Shown here piece after piece: positions 36,074 through 48,500 of a stretch of DNA of 64,000 nucleotides (its first letter is position 1; the number at the start of each line of letters is the position of its first letter). The stretch is from NCBI GenBank assembly GCA_009914755.4, contig CP068257.2:25376001-25440000 (forward strand), given 5' to 3'. The translations under genes were made by a program, and so were the position numbers. The DNA is from the human T2T-CHM13v2.0 reference genome, Homo sapiens. The notes under the pieces were generated by a model. The model did no database searches. It saw nothing but the letters and a program-made list of their open reading frames with translations, and was not told where the DNA came from.

Positions 36074-37048
36074 ATGCTACCATCATCCTTTCCACCTTTG
36101 TCTGAGGAGGTAAACCCTGTGTTGCCTGAGGCAACAGTAATGGCCTCCCCTGAGGCAGTTGCCAGGCAAGATAATGTTGATTATCCTCAGGAGCCACCCC
36201 CAACACCCTTGTTTGCTTCTAGACCTATAACTAGACTAAAGTCCTGGCAGGCCCCTAGAGGTGAGGTTGAGAGTGTGACCAATGAGGAGGTGTGTGCTAT
36301 ACTCAAAAAGAACTGTTTATCTAATTTATATGAACAGAAATCAGGGGAACAGTTATGAGAATGGGTATTAAAGGCATGGGATAATAGCAGAAAGAACATA
36401 GAGTTGGATCAGGCTGAATTTATTGATTTTGGCCCTCTAGTTGGGACTCTGTTTTTAATTTTGCAGCTCAGGGAGTTAAGAAAAGGTTCTCAATAGTTTA
36501 TTTGCTTGGTAAGCTGAAATACGGATTAAAAGATGGCCCACTAGGAGTGAGCTGGAAATGCCTGATATCCCTTGGTTTAATGTCAAGGAAGGGACCCAAA
36601 GGCTTAGGAAGATTGGGATGGTGGAGTGGATTCGTCACTTTAGACTTACTCATCCCAGCTGGGAGGGTCCAGAAGACATACCCTTGACCAAGGCATTTAG
36701 AAATAGATTTATGAGGGCAGCACCTGCATCTTTGAAGAGGACTGTAATTGCTCTTCTCTGTATGTGAGATCTAACGGTGGGAACTGCAGTCACTCAACTA
36801 CAGAATGTAAATACAATGGGAATAATTGGATTCCGAGGTGGCAAGGGCCAAGTGACGGCACTCAGCCATCAAAGGAAGGTGCATGTGGCTACTGTAATGG
36901 ACAGCAGAGGCAAAGCAGTAATCAGAATAGTCTGACTTGTGTAGAGCTCTGGCATTGGCTAATTAATCACAGTGTTCCTGGAAGTGAAATTTATAGGAAG
37001 CCTACTGCATTCCTACTTAATTTATACAAGCAAAAAACTGCTAAGTGA
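36074..37048 (+). pseudogene. gag remnant (late-domain-like PPPTP, capsid-like segment, degenerate Cys-knuckle CGYCNGQQ)
   Basis: Track ORFs 36074-36358, 36558-36767 and 36764-37048 lie in three frames. The sequence lies upstream of the protease, as expected for gag. Confidence 0.55.
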
Positions 37049-37190
37049 AATTTACAAAAGACTAATTTGAATTATAAAAACAGTGTCATGGCTCCTCAGT
37101 CAATTTCCAGACTTGAGTCAGTTTACAGACCTAGAACCCCTTGAATGAAGGGGAGGCAGGGTTTCCTCTAAATTACTGACAATTTGTGCA

Positions 37191-37409
37191 GTGAATCTCT
37201 CTCCCATCCTTCCCTTCATAGACCTCTGGCCTTTTAGCAGGCTAAAGTGCACTGGGGAAAGGGAAATAGTCAGACACTTGGGGGTGCTACTGGACACTGG
37301 CTCAGAGCTGATGTTGATTCCAAGGGACCCAAAGCATCATTGTGGTTCTCCAGTTAGAGTAGGGGTTTATGGAAGTCAGGTAATTAATGGAGTTTTAGCT
37401 CAGGTCTGA
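37191..37409 (+). pseudogene. retroviral aspartic protease remnant
   Basis: ...REIVRHLGVLLDTGSELMLIPRDPK. Canonical D-T/S-G active-site context hydrophobic-hydrophobic-D-T-G-S/A. Confidence 0.75.
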
Positions 37410-37679
37410 TGTACAGTACATCCAGTTGGTCCCTGGACTCATCCTCTGGTCATTTCTCCAGTGGCAGAATGCATAATTGGCATAGACATACTTAGCAGCT
37501 GGCAGAACCCCCACATTGGCTTCCTGACTGGTAAGGTGAGGGCTATCGTGGTAGGAAAGGCCAAATGGAAGCCATTAGAGCTGCCTCTACTTAGAAAAAT
37601 AGTACGTCAAAAACAACGTCACATTCATGAAGGGATTGTGAAGATTAGTGCCACCATCTAGGACTTCGAAGATTCGGGG

Positions 37680-37910
37680 GTGGTGATTTCCACCACATCC
37701 ACATTCGACTCTCCCAATTGGCCTGTGCAGAAGACAGATGGATTTTGGAGAATAACAGTGGATTATTGTAAGCTTAACCAAGTGGTCACTCAAATTGCAG
37801 CTGCTGTACCAGATGTAGTTTCATTGCTTGAGCAAATTAACACATCTCCTGGTACCTGGTATGCAGCCTTTGACTTGGAAAATGCCTTTTTTCTCCATTC
37901 CTGTCCATAA
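37680..37910 (+). pseudogene. reverse transcriptase N-terminal motifs
   Basis: [19 protein letters not shown]...[17 protein letters not shown] (RT motif A, DLxxAFF). The downstream YxDD region is frameshifted (IKLMTLC). Confidence 0.7.
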
Positions 37911-39259
37911 GGCCCACCAGAAGCAATTTGCCTTCAGCTGGTAAGGCCAGCAATATACCTTTACTACCTCAGTGGTATATCAACTCTCCAGCTTTATTCA
38001 GAGAGACCTTGATTGCTTTTAGCTTCCACAAAGATATCACACTGGTCCATTAAATTGATGACATTATGCTGACTGAATCCAGTGAATAAGAAGAAGTAGC
38101 AAACAAATTGGACTTATTGGTGAGACATTTGCATGCCAGAGGACAGGAAATAAATCCAACTAAAATTCAGGGAACTTCTACCTCAGTAAAATTTCTAGGG
38201 GTCCAGTGGTGTGGGGCTTGTTGAGATATTCCTTCTAAGGTGAAGGATAAGTTGCTACTTTTGGTCCCTCCTACAACCAAGAAAGAGGCACAACACCTAG
38301 TGGGCCTATTTGGATTTTGGAGGCAACACATTCTTCATTTGGGTGTGTTACTCTGGCCCATTTATTGAGTGACCCAAAAGGCTGCCAGTTTTGAGTGGGG
38401 TCCAGAACAGGAGAAAGCTCTGCAGCAGGTCCAGGCTGCTGTGCAAGCTGCTCTTCCACTTGGGCCATATGACCCAGCAGATCCAATGTTGCTTAAGGCT
38501 TCAGTGGCAGATAAGGACGCTATTTGAACATTTGGCAGGCCCCCATAGGTGAATCACAGAGGAGGCCTCAAGGATTTTGGGGCAAGTCCCTGCCATCTTC
38601 TGCAGATAACTACTCTCCTTTTGAGAGACAGCTCTTGGCCTGTTACTGGGCTTTGGTGGAAACTGAATGTTTGACTATGAGTCATCAAGTTACCATGCAA
38701 CCTGAACTGCCTATCATGAACTGGGTGCTTTCTGACCCATCTAGCCATAAAGTGGGTCATGGGCAGTAGCATCCCATCATCAAATGGAAGTGGCCTATAC
38801 GTGATCGGGCTCGAGCAAGTCCTGAAGGCACAAGTAAGTTATATAAGGAAGTGGCTCAAATGCCCATGGTCTCCACTCCTGCCACCCTGCCTTCTCTCCC
38901 CCAGCCTGCACTGATGGCCTCATGGAGAGTTCCCTAAGATCAGTTGACAGAGGAAGAGAAGACTAGGGCCTGGTTCACAGATAGTTCTGCTTGACATGCA
39001 GGCACCACCCAAAAGTAGACAGCTGCGGCACTATATCCCCCTTCTAGGACATCCCTGAAGGACAGCAGTGAAGGGAAATCATCCCAGTGGTCAGAACTTC
39101 AAGCAGTGCATTTGGCTGCTGTGCACTTTGCACAGAAGGAGAAATGTCCAGATGTGTGATTATATGGTGATTCTTGGGCTGTAGTCAATGGTTTGTCTGG
39201 ATGGTCAGGAACTTGCAAGAAGGATGGTTGAAGATTGTTGACAAATTTGGGAAAGAGGT

Positions 39260-39945
39260 ATGTGGATGGACTTTTTTGAGTGGTCAGAAACCATGAAGAT
39301 ATTTGTATCCCATGTGAGTGCTCACCAACAGGTGACCTCAGCAGAGGAGGTTTTAAACAATCAAGTGGATACGATGACTCGTTCTGTGGACACCACTAAG
39401 CCTCCTTCCCCAGCCACCCCTGTCATTGCCCAGTGGGCCCATGAACAAAGTTGCCATGGTGGCAGGGATGAGGTTACTCATGGGCTCAGCAATATGGACT
39501 TCCAGTCACCAAGGCTGACCTGGCTATGGCCACTGCTGAGTGCCCAGTTTGCCAGCAGCAGAGACCAACACTGAGCCCTTGATATGGCACCATTCCTGAA
39601 GATGATCAGCCAGCTACCTGGTGGCAGGTGGATTATATTGGACGTCTTCCATCATGGAAAGGGCAGAGGTTGGTCATCACTGGAATAGAAACTTACTCTG
39701 GATATGGGTTTGCCTATCCTGCATGCAATGCTTCTGCCAAGACTACCATCCATGGACTCATGGAATGCCTTATCCACTGTCACAGTATTCCACACAGCAT
39801 TGCCTCTGACCAAGGCACTCACTTTACAGCTAAAGAAGTGTGGCAGTGGGCTCATGCTCATGGAATTCACTGGTTTTACCATGTTCCCCATCATCCTGAA
39901 GCAGCTGGATTGATAGGACAGTGGAATGGCTTTTTGAAGTCATAG
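39260..39945 (+). pseudogene. RNase H C-terminus and integrase catalytic core remnant
   Basis: KIFVSHVSAHQQVTSAEE (RNase H HVxAH motif). SIASDQGTHFTAKEVWQWAHAHGIHWFYHVPHHPEAAGLIGQWNG (integrase D,D-35-E core region). Confidence 0.65.
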
Positions 39946-40022
39946 TTACAACGCCAACTAGGTAACAATACTTTGCAGGGCTGGGGTAAAGTTCTCCAGA
40001 ATACCATATATGCTCTGAGTCA

Positions 40023-40358
40023 GTGTCCAACGTATCATACTATCAAACTGTTTCTCCCCTAGCCAGGATTCACAAGTCCAGGCATCAAAAGGTGGAAGTG
40101 GAAGTGGCACCACTCACCATCACCCCTACTGGTCCGCTAGCAAAATGTTTGCTTCCTGTTCCTGTGACGTTACATTATGCTGGCCCAGAGGTCTTTGTTC
40201 CAGAGGGAGGAACACTGCCACCAGGAGACACAACAAGGATTCCATTAAATTGGAAGTTAAGATTGCCACCTGGACACTTTGGGCTTCTCCTATCTTCAAG
40301 TCAACAGGCCAAGATGAGAGTTACAGTGTTGGCTGGGGTGACTGACCCAGAGTATTAA
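40023..40358 (+). pseudogene. dUTPase-like domain downstream of integrase (ERVL hallmark)
   Basis: ...AGPEVFVPEGGTLPPGDTTRIPLNWKLRLPPGHFGLLLSSSQQAKMRVTVLAGVTDPEY resembles dUTPase motifs 2-4 (substrate-binding G-R/L-S-S and GVIDxDY). Confidence 0.55.
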
Positions 40359-40986
40359 GATGAAATCAGTCTACTACTCCACAACAGAGATAAGGAAGAC
40401 TATGCATGGGACACAGGAGATTCATTAGGGTGTCCCTTAGTATTACCATGTCCTGTGATTAAGGTTAATGAGAAACTACAACAGCCCAATCCAGGCAGTA
40501 CTACAAATGGCCCAGATCCCTCAGGAATAAAGGTTTGAGTCACTCCACCTGGTGAAAAACCACAACCTGCTCAGGTGCTTGCTGAAGGCAAAGGGAATAC
40601 AGAATGGGAAGTAGAAGAAGGTAGTCATCAATACCAGCTATGACCACGTGACCAGCTGAGAAATGGGGCCTTTAATTGTTATGAGTATTTCCTCCTCCTT
40701 TTGCTAAAAATATGTTTGTGCATGTATACACTTGTACTAAGAAAATATCTTTATTTTTTTCTTTTCTTTTATCATGTGATATGAGATCCATTGACTTCAT
40801 ATCAGCCTTTAAATATTGTTAAGTTTATGTAATAGCATTTGAGTTGGGGATTGGTGTGTTTCCGGCTGTACAAAGGATAGTTGTATTATGTTAGGCATAA
40901 TTATGACCTTATTGTTGTCTTCATTTGAAGATTATGTATGATCTCAGGAGATGTGTATGGGTTCAAGTTTACAAGGGGTGGACTTG

Positions 40987-41518
40987 TGATGGCTAATACC
41001 GAGTGTCAACTTGATTAGATTGGAGGCTACAAAGTATTCATCTTGGGTGTGTCTGTGAGGATGTTGATAAAAGAGACTAACATTTGAGTCAGTGGGCTGG
41101 GAAAGGCAGATCCACCCTTAGTGTGGTGGGCACAATCTAATCAGCTGCCATCAAACACAAAAGCAGGCAGAAAAACATGAAAAGGAGAGACTGACCTAGC
41201 CTCCTAGCCTATGTCTTTCTCCTGTGCTGGATGCTTCCTGCTGTCAAACACAGGACTCCAAATTCCTGTTTGGGGACTTGGACTGTTTCTCTTTGCTCCT
41301 CAGCTTGCAGACAGCCTATTGTAGGACCTTGTGATTGCGTAAGTTAATATTTAATAAATTCCCCTATATATATGTATACATATATATGCATATAGTGTAT
41401 ATATACACATATATATGTGTATATATACACAAATATATATATGTGTGTGTGTGTGTATATTTTTATATATATACATTTCGTATTAGTTCTGTTCCTCTAG
41501 AGAACCCTGACTAATACA
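40987..41518 (+). mobile_element. ERVL-class LTR (3' LTR of the provirus)
   Basis: TGATGGCTAATACCGAGTGTCAACTTGATTAGATTGGAGG...GAGTCAGTGGGCTGGGAAAGGCAGATCCACCCTTAGTGTGGTGGGCACAATCTAATCAGCTGCC...TTAGTTCTGTTCCTCTAGAGAACCCTGACTAATACA. Contains its own TA/TG microsatellite at 41345-41480. Confidence 0.65.
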
Positions 41519-43828
41519 AAAGTATTGCTTATAAGAGTTCTTTAGGTCTAGCCCAAGTGTGATTTTTTATGGGTTTACTGTCAAAATTTCTGAGTCACTT
41601 AAAAAAAGAATGTTCTCAGGTCAAAAGCAGAGACATTATTTTTGTAAGCTTTATTAATTGCTTTAAATGATTCAATGTTTTATTTTGCTTCACATTTGTG
41701 ATTTTACCTTACTGTGCAAGTTTTAAAAAATGTTTTTCCAGGAATTTTGAAGTATTTTTCTTTTTATTGCATTATTTGCCTATGTCATATTTTTAAGTGT
41801 TTTTCCAAATGTTCATGCATTCCATAAAGGGGAATTCCCCTTTCATTCCCAGATAACTCTATAATTCTATCTGGGAATCCTGTTTTTTTTTTTTTTTCTC
41901 TCTCTCTCTCTAATATGCACTGGTTGCTCTTTAGTCCAGATATACTGATGTTTTAGTATTTCCTTTATTGCTCTTCAAGTTCAGATCCACTGTTTTTGAA
42001 TTCTATATTTTTCCCTTCCTTAGTTTATTACCTTATTTGTGGGAATATATTCTCAAGTTACTTCTTAGGAAGATATAAATGGAGATAAACTCTCTACTTA
42101 CATGTCTGAAAATATCTGATTTTACCACCTTCATTGGTAGTTTGATTGGGGAGACATTACTTGGTTTTATCAGTCTAGATGTTTTTATGCTGCTTCAACA
42201 AACAGCTCACAAATCTCAATTATTTAACATAAAACTTTATTTTTTAGTAAAGATACATGTCTAGTGCAGATTGGAAATGGAGCTCTGCTCATTATGGTTC
42301 AATTCAGTGGGTTTGGATCTCAACAAATGATTCTGCAATTACCATGGCAGAGAAAAGGAAATACAGTATACTGACTCGGAAAATTCCATTTGAAAGTGAC
42401 ACATTTATCTCATTTATTCTTTATTGGCCAAACAACTCACAGGGCCACCTTTATCAAGGCAGGTAAAAGGGAGGATGACACATCATGCACCTTCTACCTT
42501 GAAGTGATAGATGTGGCTATCACTCATACTTAACTGGCCAACACTACGTTTCCACATTTAATATTAAAGAGGACAAGGAAGTGTAATTCGCCTGCCTAGC
42601 TAGGAGAGGAGAATTAGATCACTTGTGAGTAGTCACTGCACTACAAATTGATTAAAAATAAGTTCATCTTTGATTTTCAAGGCATTATTCTATTGCGTTG
42701 TATCATCCAGTAAACTTTGAGTGCCGTTCTTTTGTATGTGATCTGTTTTACCCAGATAGGGTAAGATTTCAGGATTGTCTTTTTATCTCTGGTGTTGTGA
42801 AACTTGTGATATGACTCAGTGTGAATGTTTTAAAATTTATTTTACTTGGCATTAAGTAGGACTTTTAAGACAGAAAGCTTGCATCCTTCAATTCTGAATA
42901 AATCCTTGAATTATATCTTTGATGATTTTCTCTCCTCATTTCTTTATTCTCTCATTCTAGAACTCATACTAGCTTATGTAAAGAAGAAATAGAGCTCTGA
43001 AAATCTTATATGTGAGATCAGAAAACTGTGACAGCAGAAATTCCTGTAAACTCAGGTGAATGATGAAGCAAAAAAGATATCTGTCTCACAGTTAGTTAAG
43101 TGCCATGAAGAAGAAGTAAATGAATCAGGAGGCAGTATACCATATAGCTTTCTTAGCAAATTCTGTGACTCCATCTTCTCAACATCTCTCTCATCAAAAT
43201 ATTTTAATCCTAATTTTTCTATAATGGGCACAAAAACTGATAAATTATTTTTAAACATAGAAAATAGAAGAAATAAGTTCCATTACTGTATTGAAAATTA
43301 TTGACATAAAATGAGAATGATACATGTTACATTTTAAGTAATTACTTATAAATATATGATCTAAGAATCATATTACATTATGTATTACCTATACCCTGTG
43401 TCAATTAAGATTATCTCAAGTGTAAGTAAAACCAAGCAATAATGGCAGTAGATTAAAGTAAAAAGAAAATTATTATATGCTTAATAAGAAGTCCAGAAGT
43501 GGAGGGGCCTAGAATTGTTTTGGAAGTTTTGCCATAATATCAAAGAACACAGCTCCTTATAGTGTTTCATTTCACCATTATGAGGCTTATGTCTCTAGTG
43601 GATATGAAACATTTATTGTAATGATATTATTTGTATGGGTGCTAGCAATTAGGTGACTTAAAATGACTAATATATTTTCTAGAGGTCAAAATTATAAACT
43701 TATGCCTGGGATCTTCACCTTAAACAAATAAATGAGCCAATTTTGCTGGGACATATATTATTCCAGACCAACTGAAGCCTAATTAAATACAATGCTTTGT
43801 CAGTACTTAGTTCTAAGATGTGTTTGGA

Positions 43829-44274
<446 letters not shown>

Positions 44275-45569
44275 CTAACCCAAAGGTGACAGGTTCTGTC
44301 CTAAACATCAAATGCCTTGAAGAAAGTCCAGTTTCACTGTGTTCCAGGAATCAATGCCAAGAACAGAAGCCAAGTACAGTTGGATTGACATGAAAGAAAT
44401 TCTATTCTTAGGGTGACTTAGCAGCAAGAGTCAAGATCCATAGAACCTGGAATAGAATAAAGTGCCAGAGATAGGGTGGCAAAAGTTACAGAATACATCT
44501 GCCAAGAAAAAAGAGACTGTCTTTCATTTTTGTAAGGAATCATTTTCCCCACTTTTGCTTCTATTTGTTTAACAACAAAATGAACGTAATGGTCCTTTAG
44601 CCTTTAATTTTAGAACTAAAAGAAGATAAATTAAGCCATAAGACAAAACCAGATTAAGAATCACCACAGTGGAAAGGGATAATCAGAAGGTTAAATAATA
44701 TGTTCTTTGCACTTAAGGGCAATACTTTGTTTTATTAATGTATTTATATCTATTTCTATCCCAAAGTATGTTGTATTGTGCCCATTTCCCTTTTACCAGG
44801 TACATGTGTGGACTTTTTGAGTGGTATTACCAAAGACTAGTTTATTAAAATGTTACTTAAGATGTTGGCAGTATTTTAGAAATCTGAAACCTATTTCAGA
44901 ATATAAAGTTGTCAAAGGAGCACTAAGTAAGATGAAGGAACATGGATTTTTTTTACCTGCTTTTGTTATGAACTGGTTATGTATATTTTGGCAACTGTGT
45001 ACACTCCCTAGCCCTTTTCAGCTGTAATGTGATGGCTTTGGACCAGATGGCTCTAAACTCTTTCCAGTTCCAACAGCAATGAATATGCTTAGGCTTCCTC
45101 TTGGTTCACATTCCACCAGGCAACATGGGCGTGCAGCACATTTAACTTTCCTCTTCAGCCTGGCATAAGCCATAGCTTTTGGGGAAGAATGAAAGCAGCT
45201 AGTTTTTACCCCACTCCTTCCTTCTTACTTCATATGTTTTCATTCCTAGAATAATTTCATGCATTTCTAAATTTTGCTTCAACAAGTCACGGCCAGCACT
45301 TCACCTGAAACAGCAGAGAGCACCCCACAGTAAACAAAAATCACATCTATACCCACCTGCTTATGCTGCAGCTGGCTGTTACCTGCAAATGTCATCTTCT
45401 GTCATGTAGGTTGAACCACACAGCCCAATATAAAACCAGCTGACAGAAGTGCGTAGGACCATAACAGCAAAGCCAAAAAATCCCACCCAACACTTTCCCA
45501 GATGAGAAGAAACCAGCATAAGAATTCTGCCTCTGTGAAAAACCTCAATGTTGTGACACCATCAAAGGT

Positions 45570-48500
45570 TCACTCTAGCTCCCCAGTAAGTTTCTAGCCA
45601 AAATGGAGGCACAGAGGTGACAGATAGAGAGTTCAAAGCATGGATTGCAGGGAATCGCAACAAGATCCAGGGCAAGGTTGAAAATCAACACAAAGAAACT
45701 TCTAAAGCAATCCAGGAAATAAAAGAAGAGATAAACACTTAAAAAAAAATCAATCAGAGCTACTGGAACTGAAAACCTCACTTAGGGAATTTCAAAATAT
45801 AATTGAAAGCTTTATCAGTGGACTAGACCAAGCAGAAGAGCTTGAAAATCAGTCTTTCAAACTAAACCAAACAAAAATAAAGAAAAAAGAATTTTAAAAA
45901 ATGAACCAAGTCTTCGAGAAAAATGGGATTATGTAAGGTGACCAAATCTATAAGTTACTGGTATTCCTGAGAGAGAAGCACCGAAAAGTAAACAACCCAG
46001 AAAATATACTTGAGGGAATAATTCAAGAAAATTTCCCTAAGCTGGCTAGAGGGGTAGACATGCAAATACAAGAAATCCAGAGAACAACTGTGAGTTACTA
46101 TACAAAATGAACATCATCAAGACCTGTAGTCACCAGGCTAAGATCAGTCCTAAAAAAAAAATTCTTAAAGGCAGCTAAAAAAATGGTAAGATCACATACA
46201 AGGCCATCCAATCAGGCTAACAGCATACCTCTCAGCAGAAACCCTATAAGCCAGAAGAGACCGAGGACCTATTTTCAGCATTCTCAAAGAAAAGGAGCTT
46301 CAACGAATAATTTCATACCCCACCAAAGCTTCATAAGTGGATAAATGAATTCTTTTTTAGACAAGTAATCAATAAGGAAATTCATTACAACTCAACTAGC
46401 CTTACAAGAGAGTCGTAAGGGAGTTCTAAACATGGAGAGAAAAGACTTATGCCTGTTTCCACAAATCACACCTAACTACCTAGGCCTTTTAAAGCATCTA
46501 CACAATACAAACTACAAAACAACCAGCTAACAACTTCATGATAGAATAAAAACCTCACTTATCAATATTAACTTTGAACATAAATGATCTTAATGCCCCA
46601 TTTAAAAGGCACAGAGGGTCAAGTTGAATAATAAAACAAGATGTATCTGTCTACCATCTTCAAGGAGTACATCTCTCACATAATGAAATCTATAGACTCA
46701 AAGGGTTAGAGAAAGATCTATCATACAAACAGAAAACAAACAATAAGCAGGAGCCACTATTCTTATATCAGATAAAATAGACTTTAAACAAACAACAGTA
46801 ACAAAGAACAAAATATTATCAAAAATGTTCAATCTAACAAGATGAGTTAACTATCTGAAATATATATGCACCTAACATCGGAGCACCCAGATACACAAAA
46901 CAAGTTCTTCCAGAGCTACAAAAAGACTTGGAGAGCCACACAGGAATAGTGGGGGACTTCAATACTCCACTGATAGTGTTAGATCACTTAGACAGAAAAC
47001 TAAAAAAGCTATTCTGGGCTTGCATTTTACACTTGAACAATTGGACCTATTAAACATCTACAGAACACTCCACCCATCAACCATAGAATGTACCTTCTTT
47101 TCATCTGTTCATGGAACGTATTCTAAGATTGATGATATGCTCAACCAAGAAGGAAGTGTCAAATCAAAAAAAAAATCATACCAACCGTACTTTCAGACCA
47201 CAGTGAAATAAAAATACAAATCAATACCAAGAAGATCTCTTAAAACCACACAGTTACATGGAAATTGAACAACTTGTTCCTGCTCCTGGATGACTTTTGG
47301 GCAAGCAATGAAGTTAAGGCAGCAATTAAAAACAATCTTTAAAATAAATGAAAACACAGACACAACATACCAAAATCTCTGGAATGCAGCTAAAATATTA
47401 AGAGGAAAGCTTATAATACTAAATGTCTACATCAAGAAGTTAGATCTCGAATTAGCAATCTAACATCACAGCTGGAGGAACTTAAAAAAAGAACAAACTA
47501 ACCCTAAAGGTATTAGCGAAAACAAATAACTGAAATGAGATCAGAACTGAAAAAAGTTGAAACCCCAAAATCCATACAAAACATCAATGAAACCAAAAGC
47601 TGCTTATTTGAAAGGATAAACAAGATTGATAGACAGCTAGCTAGATTAATTAAGAAAAGTAGAGAGAGGATCCAAATAAGCATAATCAAAAAGAACAAAG
47701 GTGACATTACAACCAAGCCCACGGAAATAAAAAAATATTCCCAGAGACTATTATGAACACCTCTATGCACACAAACTAGAAAATCTAGAGGAAATGGACA
47801 AATTTCTGGAAATATACAACCTTCCAAGACTGAGGCAGGGAGAAATTGAAACTCTGAACAGACCAATATAAAGTTACAAAATTGAATCAATAGTTTAAAA
47901 AAAAAAACCTTCCAATCAAAAAGAGCCCTAGACCAGATGGATTTCAGCTGAATTCTACCAGATTTACAAAGAACAGGTAGCAATCCTACTGAAACTATTC
48001 CAAAAAACCGAGGAAGAGAGACTTCTCCCCAACTTATTCAGTGAAGCCAGAATCACATTGATACCAAAATCGGGCAAAGACAAAACAAAAAAGAGAAAGG
48101 CACAGGCCAGTAGTCCCTGATTAACATAGATGAAAAATCTTCAAGAAAATACTAGCTGACTAAATCCTGCAGCACATCAAAAGTTAATTCATTGTGATGA
48201 AGTAGGCTTGATTCCTCAGAGCTGGTTCAATATGTGCAAATAAATAAATGTGATTCACCACACAAACAGAATTTTAAAAAAATATTATCATGTAAATAGA
48301 TGTAAGAAAACTTTTGATAAAATCCAATACCACTTTATGATAAAAACCCTCAACAAATTAGGCATCATAGGAACATACCTCAAAATAGTAAGAGCTTGTA
48401 TAACATTCCACAACCAACATCATAGTGAAAGGGCAAAAGATGGAAGAATTTTATGTAAGAATTGGAACAAGTCAAAGATACTTGCTCTTTCCAGTCATAT

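Larger units (their letters stand above)
35368..40986 (+). mobile_element. ERVL-class provirus internal region (gag-pro-pol-dUTPase, no env), multiply frameshifted
   Basis: PBS-like TGGTCCCGGGAGGCATTC immediately after the LTR end. Retroviral domains are in the expected order (see the pseudogene features). A purine-rich tract AAGGGGTGGA lies just before the 3' LTR. Confidence 0.8.

Noticed and set aside
36764-37048. CGYCNGQQRQ...C segment as a functional zinc knuckle or host zinc-finger gene
   Set aside because: It is a degenerate gag nucleocapsid remnant inside the provirus. It is frameshifted relative to the neighbouring gag ORFs.
47513-47983. 156-aa ORF on the minus strand
   Set aside because: It is antisense to the L1 ORF2 segment between the EN and RT domains. 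The peptide is hydrophobic, lacks known motifs and is not conserved-looking. Chance ORF.
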